IMG/VR virus record: IMGVR_UViG_3300011437_000019 | Coordinates: 1 to 34,466 of that record | Source: a virus | Taxonomy: Duplodnaviria > Caudoviricetes | Length of the DNA stretch: 34,466 bases | Direction: 5' to 3' (one strand) | In this document: piece by piece, positions 1 to 6,812 of the stretch | How positions within the stretch are numbered: position 1 is the stretch's first letter | Layout: the number at the start of each line of letters is the position of its first letter | The notes under the pieces: generated by a model | Database searches by the model: none | Told to the model about the DNA's origin: nothing | The model's input: only the letters and a program-made list of their open reading frames with translations | Position numbers and translations under genes: made by a program

Positions 1-471
1 GTCGAACCAGGCTGTACCGTTAGCACCGTCAGCGCGCAGGAGTTGACCAGCAGCGATGCCGGTAGCGTCTAGGTCGTCGGCTTCCTTGGTACCCAGGTTG
101 GCGAGGTCGCTGACAGCGAACTCTGCTTGCCACTCGGTACTGTAATCTTCCCAGGTCACCCCACCAGCGCCGTCGCTGACCAGGATCTGGTCTATCGGCT
201 CGCCGGTGGAGAGTAGGTCGTCCCCCTCGCCGCTGAAGCCCGCTCCCGGAGATTGCCACGAGGCGGAACCGGCGCCGTCCGTGGTAAGGACGAGACCAAT
301 TAGCTCGCCGGTTGACTTGACGTTCACCCCCTCAACGAACTCCCAGCTTGCTCCGCCTGCGCCGTCCGCGGTCAGGACCTCAAACTGCTGCTCTCCGACC
401 GAGGTGACGGCTGTGCCGGCTACGCTGCCGCCGCCGGGGGCGCAGTCGTGGCTGTTGACGAGGTCTGACAT
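1..471 (-). CDS. Tail fibre/spike-like protein, N-terminal part (runs off the left edge; absent from the ORF track)
   Basis: Manual translation from ATG 471: MSDLVNSHDCAPGGGSVAG...VLTADGAGGASW...VLTTDGAGSASW...ILVSDGAGGVTW...LLRADGANGTAW. Four copies of the [VI]LxxDGxGxxxW repeat typical of phage fibres; frame open to position 1. Confidence 0.75.
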   Translation of the reverse strand, partial: MSDLVNSHDCAPGGGSVAGTAVTSVGEQQFEVLTADGAGGASWEFVEGVNVKSTGELIGLVLTTDGAGSASWQSPGAGFSGEGDDLLSTGEPIDQILVSDGAGGVTWEDYSTEWQAEFAVSDLANLGTKEADDLDATGIAAGQLLRADGANGTAWFD

Positions 472-592
472 CTAAGCGTGCTCGCAGGTAAGGAGATTGA
501 TCAAGGGCAAGAGCAGAAGTGACCAGCGACAACTTGAAGGTCGCGCGTACCTGCATAGGTCTGGCAGGCCGGGACCATCTGGAGGTCGCGGC

Positions 593-776
593 TCACCGGT
601 TACCTCGACCGCTAGGGCGGTTCTTGTTGCGCTGGTTAGTAGCGGAGCGGTTCTTGCTCTCACCCGCCCTACCGCCAGCCGCGGTAGGCGTAGGGGTAGG
701 GATACCGAGGTTGTGTTGACGACGGCGCTCGCTAGCAGCGCCACCGTCCATGGGACGCGATCGAATTTGAGACATG
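593..776 (-). CDS. Small basic hypothetical protein
   Basis: ORF (MSQIRSRPMDGG...) fills the gap after the peptidase-like gene; no recognisable motif. Confidence 0.3.
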
Positions 777-782
777 ATCAGT

Positions 783-1097
783 TCAAGGTTTTGAGAAGGA
801 TTTCCAAACATCCGGGTGATCCACGGCAAAGGCGCCCAGCCCGTTCTCTAAAGCTAGAACTTGCCGCTCGCTTAGGGGGCTACCTCCTAGGTCAGACACG
901 GCGTGCAGTAGCTCATGCAGCAGCACCAGGCTCCGCTCTCGGCGGCACAGGCCAGGTGCTACCCTGATCTCGTAGCCAGCGTCCGTGTGAGCGAACTCCC
1001 CGACCAGCTCCCGGTTCTTGCCGGTGTTGGCCGAGGGCTCCTTCAGGCGAACCTTGATCAACCGGGAGCCGACGCGCAGGAGCAGGGGGAAGCGCAT
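783..1097 (-). CDS. HExxH zinc metallopeptidase-like phage protein
   Basis: LLHELLHAV motif followed by E (SERQV). Start at ATG 1097 (MRFPLLL) preferred over GTG 1157. Confidence 0.7.
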   Translation of the reverse strand: MRFPLLLRVGSRLIKVRLKEPSANTGKNRELVGEFAHTDAGYEIRVAPGLCRRERSLVLLHELLHAVSDLGGSPLSERQVLALENGLGAFAVDHPDVWKSFSKP

Positions 1098-1254
1098 GTG
1101 CACCTTTACGGAATCTTTACACGGGGTAAATGTTGGGTTCGCGGCGGTGCCGCTCACGGTCCCCCGCTAGCTTGGAACTAGGGTGCCGAAGTGCCCGCCC
1201 TAGTAGTGACCTCGGCTCGGGGCGGGGGGGCGGCTAGGACGCGACCGAGAGGGC

Positions 1255-1372
1255 TACTTGGTAGCCTTAGGTAGCCTTGTCTAGCTGTAGGTGATGTTCT
1301 TCAGTAGCACTAGGTAGCCTTAGGTAACCAAGGTAGCTACTAGATTGCTAGATAAAGACTAGTAAAGACTGA
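1255..1372. repeat. Short degenerate tandem repeats (GGTAGCCTTA-like, TAAAGACT x2) with about 10-bp period
   Basis: GGTAGCCTTA/GGTAGCCTTG at 1260-1279; TAGGTAGCCT-TAGGTAACCA-AGGTAGCTAC at 1311-1340; TAAAGACT at 1353 and 1363. Stop-rich non-coding tract. Confidence 0.7.
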
Positions 1373-1702
1373 GCGGGAGTAACTAAGGTTGCAATTAGTA
1401 GGGGGCCCCTTCATGGACGGGTGACGAGGTAGGGGGCAGCAGGTCCCCGACAAGGCCGGCGAGCTGTTGAGCTCAGTGGTTGGGGGCCTGTCGGGGTGCT
1501 GCTTCATGGACAGGCCACCAAGCCGGTTAGTTTAGGTATGGACAAAATTTCCCTAAATTAGCTATAACTCGCTAGGATGCACGCGGACAGGGGGGGTCGG
1601 TAGGGGAGTACAGGCCCCCCTCCGCTGCGTTGATCCTAGCGTAGGTACCCCCCTCTGGCGGGGTCGCCAATGGGGTCAAAAAGGCTGTTTTAGGAGCGAC
1701 CC

Positions 1703-1731
1703 TTGACACCTCGGGTTGACCCGAGTATTTT
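1703..1731 (+). promoter_or_regulatory. Sigma70-type promoter with a palindrome in the spacer
   Basis: TTGACA (1703-1708), 17 nt, TATTTT (1726-1731). Spacer holds CTCGGGT-TG-ACCCGAG. ATG at 1738. Confidence 0.65.
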
Positions 1732-1737
1732 GGAGTG

Positions 1738-2118
1738 ATGTTACCGCCTGAACCTGAAGACCCCAAGCTACCGCCGCCGGGCATCCCCCTGGTTGGTCAA
1801 TTCTTCCTAGGCTGGGATGAGCATGCCGTCGTCGTCTACCGAGCGCCTAAGAAGGGCCGACCGATCCCGGTGGCCTACTTCGTTGAGCTCGACAACGCCC
1901 TGGCTTGGGTGCTGAAAAAAGTGACCCTACGCCAGCGCCGGTCCAAGGCGGGCGGCTCACTCGCCGCCTTGGTAAAGGCTCATCGCCGGGCGGTCGCTAA
2001 CCTGGAGGGCTTCAAGGTCCGCTACGAGGCGGCCGCCAAGGTGCTGACCAAGATGGCCCTTGACAACCCCAGGAAGCTGGCCAAGATGGACCTTGACAAC
2101 CCCAGGAAGCTTGAGTAA
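1738..2118 (+). CDS. Hypothetical protein
   Basis: Clean ORF downstream of the promoter with coding-like codon usage; C-terminal duplicated KMxLDNPRKL. Confidence 0.7.
   Translation: MLPPEPEDPKLPPPGIPLVGQFFLGWDEHAVVVYRAPKKGRPIPVAYFVELDNALAWVLKKVTLRQRRSKAGGSLAALVKAHRRAVANLEGFKVRYEAAAKVLTKMALDNPRKLAKMDLDNPRKLE
2048..2111 (+). repeat. 33-bp period tandem duplication
   Basis: CCAAGATGGCCCTTGACAACCCCAGGAAGCT (2048-2078) and CCAAGATGGACCTTGACAACCCCAGGAAGCT (2081-2111), one mismatch. Confidence 0.9.
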
Positions 2119-2121
2119 GCT
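2093..2121 (+). promoter_or_regulatory. Sigma70-type promoter for the beta-helix gene
   Basis: TTGACA (2093-2098), 17 nt, TAAGCT (2116-2121). ATG at 2128 with no Shine-Dalgarno. Confidence 0.6.
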
Positions 2122-2127
2122 TACGCT

Positions 2128-2985
2128 ATGACCATCTATCTGTCCTCTCCGTCCCCCCTGGCCTCCCAGACCGTCCTGACCAAGAACTTCCAGGTCAAGG
2201 GAGCCTCAGATGGGCAAGCCTTCCAGAACACGACCTTCTCGTCGTCCTACACGATGGTCTTCCAGACGATGCCGGCCGGAGTTGGTCACACGAACCTGAC
2301 CTTCAAGGACTGCTTCATCAACGGCAACACCCACCCCGGAAACAAGTGGGGCGCCCACTGCATCGGCATCATGTCTGGTCGCGCCGACCGGGTTTACGCC
2401 ACGGCTCACAACGAGCACGCCTTCTACTGGGAGATACCCGGCGGCTACGAGTTCGTCGACTGCACGTCCGAGGCCGGCTCGCAGGGATGGCAGATTGAGG
2501 ACCGCGAGTTCACGTCCAGCGGCGCCAATATGTGGCCGACGGGCTACGACCGCAGCCAGATGAAGGACGTCACCTGGCGCCGCTGCTGGGCCCGCGAGTG
2601 TGGGCAGCCATACGGGGACCGGCCGTCCTATGCCTTCGCTTTGTATCGGGAGGCGGGTCACTACTTGCTGGAGAACTGCCAGGTGACCCGCGGACTGGAC
2701 AACGGGATGAGCTCGGACCAACACATGCGGGCCTTACTCATGCGGGGTAAGGCGCCGACCTTGGAGATTCACGGCGGAGTCTTCGACTATGCGGAGCCCG
2801 ACCGGGCCCTGGTTTACCTGATGAGCGGGGCTGGGGCTTTGATCACGCGGGCACACTTCCCCCGCGGGGTGATCGAGATTGGCAAGGACATGAAGAACGT
2901 GGTCATCAAGGGCTGCACCGGGGGGGCTGTGATTCGCACCCCGGACGGTAAGAGCCGGCCGGTCACCCAAGGCATCGAGTACTGA
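2128..2985 (+). CDS. Right-handed parallel beta-helix (pectin lyase-like) protein
   Basis: Repeated strand-turn motifs: NLTFKDCFI, YEFVDCTS, DVTWRRCWA, HYLLENCQV, NVVIKGCTG. Confidence 0.65.
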   Translation: MTIYLSSPSPLASQTVLTKNFQVKGASDGQAFQNTTFSSSYTMVFQTMPAGVGHTNLTFKDCFINGNTHPGNKWGAHCIGIMSGRADRVYATAHNEHAFYWEIPGGYEFVDCTSEAGSQGWQIEDREFTSSGANMWPTGYDRSQMKDVTWRRCWARECGQPYGDRPSYAFALYREAGHYLLENCQVTRGLDNGMSSDQHMRALLMRGKAPTLEIHGGVFDYAEPDRALVYLMSGAGALITRAHFPRGVIEIGKDMKNVVIKGCTGGAVIRTPDGKSRPVTQGIEY

Positions 2986-2987
2986 TT

Positions 2988-3045
2988 TATGTCGTCGAAC
3001 GACATATTATGTCATTCGACTAAGGAGCCTACTATGTCATCGAAC
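2988..3045. promoter_or_regulatory. Palindromic/direct repeat cluster (operator- or recombination-site-like)
   Basis: GTCGAAcGACATA-T-TATGTCaTTCGAC (2994-3020); three TATGTC-led copies at 2988, 3008 and 3033. Confidence 0.55.
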
Positions 3046-3639
3046 CGCCTACGTTCCCTACTCGTCTGGCTGCTCCTGTGCGTGGCCTCGTGGGTCATCG
3101 TGATCGTGGGCGTCGACGCGGTGGTCTACGGCATCGTAGAGCTGGTTCAGCGCCTATCGGCGCCGGCCCGGCTTGACTCGCTTCCGGCTGGGTCCCGGAC
3201 GTCGTTTCCCGACCACCGCTTCCAGGGTGTTCGGTTTCCCCTCCTTGCCGCCGAAGACAGCCTTGGCCAACCAAGCTCGGGCCTCGCGCTCGTACCGCCT
3301 GGCCTTCCCCTGGACTGCGGCCTTGACCTCGTCCTGCCGCATGCGTTCACTGAACCAACCTACCGCGCCGGCGACGGCCTCGATCCGGTCGTCGTGTGCC
3401 AACGCCCCGCGCTCGCGGGTGAGGCGGGTCATCTGGTAGAACAGTTGGTACAGGTGCCCCTTGTCCCCCCTGGCCGGGTCGTACTTCTGGTCCCTGAGGA
3501 TAAGACCCCTGTCTACCACGAGCCGGTGCTGGTTCATGACGGGCTCCAGCACGTCGATGATCCGGAGCTCCTTCTGCCCGACGCTGTGTATCCCTTCGAC
3601 GGTGCAGGGGTATATCGCCATCATCACCGGCCGCAGTAG
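3034..3639 (+). CDS. Membrane protein with N-terminal hydrophobic helix; 3' part antisense to terL
   Basis: Strong RBS TAAGGAG (3021-3027) before ATG 3034; LLVWLLLCVASWVIVIVGV transmembrane segment. No stop until about 485 bp inside terL. Confidence 0.5.
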   Translation: MSSNRLRSLLVWLLLCVASWVIVIVGVDAVVYGIVELVQRLSAPARLDSLPAGSRTSFPDHRFQGVRFPLLAAEDSLGQPSSGLALVPPGLPLDCGLDLVLPHAFTEPTYRAGDGLDPVVVCQRPALAGEAGHLVEQLVQVPLVPPGRVVLLVPEDKTPVYHEPVLVHDGLQHVDDPELLLPDAVYPFDGAGVYRHHHRPQ

Positions 3640-5220
3640 CTCCTCGAACATCCCGTCCCCGAAGTTAGTCTCTACCAGCACCCGGTTAGCCTTATGGACC
3701 TTAGCCGTCTCCGCGATGCGCTTCAGCGCGTCACCCTGATAGCCCCCGGAGAAACCTTGGCAGTCGGACAGGTACAAGCGACCGTGGAGGTGCTTGACGA
3801 CAGCAAAGGCCAGCTCATCCTGGCCGCGCCCCGCGGGGTCGACGTAGAGGACCGACTCCTGGTAGGGGCTGCGCTCCGCCGAGATGGCTGCCGGCCGATG
3901 GTAACGGTCTCCTTCCAGGCCGGTGAGGGGCAGGTCACGGATTTCGAGGTCTGGTCCTCCGCCCCAGGACACCTTGTCGGGGGCAGTCTCCAGGTCGAGG
4001 TCCATCACCACAAGGTCGGCAAGCTTCAGAGGGTAACGGTCCGCGTCGCTGAGCGTCGTGTCCAGCAAGAATTGCAGGGCAAAGGTGCTGGCCCCGATGC
4101 TGAGCTCGCGGCGGAGCAGGTCGTCGTCGTTGAACCGGCCGGGCTCGGTCGGCTGACCGGGGAAGCGGGCGCTGAGGCTGCCTCCGGCGAGGCTGGGGTC
4201 GTCCAACAGGCGCTGCAAGATCAGGGGAGCCAGACGCCGGCAGCCCGACTGGAACGGCTCGGGCGGGACTACTACGAGACCCTCGCCGAGGAGCGGGCTA
4301 CCGAGGCTGTCAAGACCGAGAGGTTGCCCGGCAGGGTTGACCAGGTCGCGGCTGGCGGGGACGTCCTCACCAAGAGCAGTGCCCCCGCGGGGGAGCCGAT
4401 CGTCACCGGGGGGAGCCGTGCGGCGGTCTTGCGCGCCGCCTTCAACGCTAGGCGCCGCCGCGGTCGGGGCTAGCTCGCCTGAGGCGTAGCGGTTTATCTG
4501 GTCGAGGGGTGGATACCGCGCCGGCCAGACGCGGACGCTGAAGCCCTTCTTAGGTAGGTCCACGTAGACCGACAGCTCGGTCTGAGGGGTGCCGAGGAGG
4601 ACTAGGCGCCCGCCCGGCAGCACGATCGAGTCTAGCTGCTTCCTGGCGGCCTCGATGCGGTCCCGACCGCCTTGAGTGTAGGCTTTGGACTCTGTCTCCA
4701 GGTCGTCCGCTACGATCATCTTGCCGCGACTGCCGACCAGTCCGCCCGATACGCCGACAGACTTCAGGCTGGGCGCCTTGCTGGGGTGTCGGCCAGCTAC
4801 GTCGAAAGCTTTCACGGACGAGCGCTGCTCCCGGGATGGGGCCAGGTGCCTGAGCTCCGGTACGCCGTCGAGCAGGGCCAGCACGAGCTGCGACATCGTC
4901 GCCGCATCGTCGTACGTAGCGCTAACGGACAGCACAGGCGCATCGATGTCGCACAACCACTCCCAACAGATGAGCGTGGAAGTCAGGGTCGACTTGGCCA
5001 ACCCGCGGAAGCCTTGGACCATGACGCGGTTGTTAGGCGCTTCGTGCGGCCAACGGCTCATGTCGGGACCGCGTTGGAGGAACTGCGCTACGTCGTACTG
5101 AATATCGGTCGGCTCGGGGAGGCCGAGGATCTGCCAGGCTCGGTAGACCAGGTTGCGCAGGTCGCCGTCGAACGCCGCGGTCTCGGGGTAGCGGTCGATG
5201 AGGGCTCGGTAAGAGACCAC
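3154..5220 (-). CDS. terL: Terminase large subunit (T7 gp19-like) with an 80-aa insertion
   Basis: Walker A-like GFRGLAKS, Walker B IVADDLE, GTPQ, WPARYP, nuclease DPAGRGQDE and HDDRIEA motifs. Confidence 0.95.
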   Translation of the reverse strand: MVSYRALIDRYPETAAFDGDLRNLVYRAWQILGLPEPTDIQYDVAQFLQRGPDMSRWPHEAPNNRVMVQGFRGLAKSTLTSTLICWEWLCDIDAPVLSVSATYDDAATMSQLVLALLDGVPELRHLAPSREQRSSVKAFDVAGRHPSKAPSLKSVGVSGGLVGSRGKMIVADDLETESKAYTQGGRDRIEAARKQLDSIVLPGGRLVLLGTPQTELSVYVDLPKKGFSVRVWPARYPPLDQINRYASGELAPTAAAPSVEGGAQDRRTAPPGDDRLPRGGTALGEDVPASRDLVNPAGQPLGLDSLGSPLLGEGLVVVPPEPFQSGCRRLAPLILQRLLDDPSLAGGSLSARFPGQPTEPGRFNDDDLLRRELSIGASTFALQFLLDTTLSDADRYPLKLADLVVMDLDLETAPDKVSWGGGPDLEIRDLPLTGLEGDRYHRPAAISAERSPYQESVLYVDPAGRGQDELAFAVVKHLHGRLYLSDCQGFSGGYQGDALKRIAETAKVHKANRVLVETNFGDGMFEELLRPVMMAIYPCTVEGIHSVGQKELRIIDVLEPVMNQHRLVVDRGLILRDQKYDPARGDKGHLYQLFYQMTRLTRERGALAHDDRIEAVAGAVGWFSERMRQDEVKAAVQGKARRYEREARAWLAKAVFGGKEGKPNTLEAVVGKRRPGPSRKRVKPGRRR

Positions 5221-5223
5221 GCG

Positions 5224-5505
5224 CTACAGCCCGACCGCCTCACGGTACTCTTCGCCACCTTCCTCGTCGGGTTGGCGGAAGGGCAGGCCATCAACCAACG
5301 TCGGGCCGCGTGCGCGACTGAAGCCGGGGGCGTCGGTGCGGATACGGTTGTCGGCGAGCATCTGGCGTGCTTCCTTGAGCTCCGCAGGCGTCAGGGAGTC
5401 CAGCTCGGCCTTGTTGGCCAGCTTCTCGCAGATGGCCTTGTGCAGCCGGATAAGGTGCTGCCGGGATGCTTCCATCTGGTCAGCGTCGTCGGGTTCTTGA
5501 CTCAC
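5224..5505 (-). CDS. terS: Terminase small subunit (gp18-like)
   Basis: Directly upstream of terL; LH...TPAELKEARQMLADNRI...LPF pattern of T7-like TerS. Confidence 0.8.
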   Translation of the reverse strand: MSQEPDDADQMEASRQHLIRLHKAICEKLANKAELDSLTPAELKEARQMLADNRIRTDAPGFSRARGPTLVDGLPFRQPDEEGGEEYREAVGL

Positions 5506-5696
5506 GGTTTGACTCCAATCTTGGTCATGATGTATGAGGACAGCGCCGCAACGACGGCCGCAGCGCCTAAGACTTTCGACCAGGCCCGCTCTAAGCTGCC
5601 AACCCGGTGTTGTATGTCCGCTTGGAACAACATCAGGCTATCCACCTTGGCCTCCAAGCGTCCGAGGGCTCGAATGATCTCCGTCTCTTCGTTCAT
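5502..5696 (-). CDS. Small coiled-coil plus C-terminal transmembrane protein (holin position)
   Basis: 64 aa, LGRLEAKVD coiled coil then hydrophobic VLGAAAVVAALSSYI; lies between tail fibre and terS. Confidence 0.55.
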   Translation of the reverse strand: MNEETEIIRALGRLEAKVDSLMLFQADIQHRVGSLERAWSKVLGAAAVVAALSSYIMTKIGVKP

Positions 5697-6808
5697 GCGA
5701 GTTGCTCCACCAGGACGAAGGTCTGCGCTTCGACGTCGATCGGCTCGGCAGCTTGGTTGACCTTAGCGCGCAGGACCAGCACTTTAGGCGTCCCGCTGAC
5801 CACGACCTTCAGCACGGCCGTCTCGCTGTACCGGGGCTCGTGTGGCGGTGCGTCGTTGGTAGCCAAAGTGGCCAACGCGCCGTTGTAGTATGACACCTGG
5901 GCCGGACCGTCCGTGCCGTCGGTCAGCCGCCACAGGAGCTCTGTGACCAGCGGTCCCGCGTCGGCGCTGACGAAGCTGACGTTGACGGTTAGCAGGTAGG
6001 TGCCGTCCTCTTCAAGCGTGATCGTGTCCGTACCGAGGGTATAGTGCGGGGTCGCGTTGTTGTGTTCGATCACCGTGCCGGCGGCGAAGTCTAGTCGGGT
6101 CCCGGCGCTCTCGTACCAGGTGCCCGACGCGCTGAACTGCACCACCGTGGCAGTGACGTTGGCGCGAATCATCGGACGGCCCGCCTGGAGCGCGGTGATC
6201 GCCGCCTGCGCCGCAGCCATCTGCGTCTGCAAGGTGTCTACGCCGATGTCCGCCTCGACCTGAGCGGGCGTCCGGGTGACCCACGCGCCCGCCTTGACCT
6301 GGATGAACTTGTCGTTGTCCGCCCCGGTCACCGGCGGCAGGTTTCCGGCCACGATGGCAGCCGCCTGTAGTTGCGCCAGCGTTGTCGCATCCTGCTGGTC
6401 GACCGCGTCCGCGACGTTGGTGATCCGATTACCTTCCGCGTCCCAGTTACCACTACCGTCGTCCAGGAGCTGCAAGCTCTCTGCCGAGTCGTCCTGGGTC
6501 TCCTCGTGCTGGTAGACGAGCTGGAGGTACATGGTGTCCAGGTCCTCGGCCAAGATGCTCGACCCCTCGATCCAGTCCACGATCGGATCGGTCGGGGTGA
6601 CCCGCTTGATCTCGACGTACTCGCCGCCCGTCGCGGGGGTGACCAAGGTGACCTGCGTTCTCGCAGAGTTGACCGTGAACTCAGTCGGCTGCGTCAGCTC
6701 CACCTCGTCGACGAAGACGTGAATGTGGTCGCTGGATAGGGACGGGAAAGTTATTGCGAACACCGTCTGCGCCGGGGCTGCGGTGTAGGCGACGCGAGAG
6801 AGAGCCAT
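5693..6808 (-). CDS. Tail fibre protein (T7 gp17-like N-terminal adaptor)
   Basis: FAITFPSL...IHVFVD, IKRVTP, L.AEDLD...LQLVY..EE, WDAEGNRITNVADAVDQQDATT motifs; position after the gp16-like gene. Confidence 0.88.
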   Translation of the reverse strand: MALSRVAYTAAPAQTVFAITFPSLSSDHIHVFVDEVELTQPTEFTVNSARTQVTLVTPATGGEYVEIKRVTPTDPIVDWIEGSSILAEDLDTMYLQLVYQHEETQDDSAESLQLLDDGSGNWDAEGNRITNVADAVDQQDATTLAQLQAAAIVAGNLPPVTGADNDKFIQVKAGAWVTRTPAQVEADIGVDTLQTQMAAAQAAITALQAGRPMIRANVTATVVQFSASGTWYESAGTRLDFAAGTVIEHNNATPHYTLGTDTITLEEDGTYLLTVNVSFVSADAGPLVTELLWRLTDGTDGPAQVSYYNGALATLATNDAPPHEPRYSETAVLKVVVSGTPKVLVLRAKVNQAAEPIDVEAQTFVLVEQLA

Positions 6809-6812
6809 GTGT

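Noticed and set aside
472-744. Minus-strand ORF abutting the fibre-like gene
   Set aside because: Overlaps a competing ORF and has no RBS or motif, so I cannot choose between frames.
4221-4482. Intein or invertible segment in terL
   Set aside because: No Cys/Ser start or His-Asn end. Inverting between the 13-bp imperfect inverted repeats puts a premature TGA in the terL frame.
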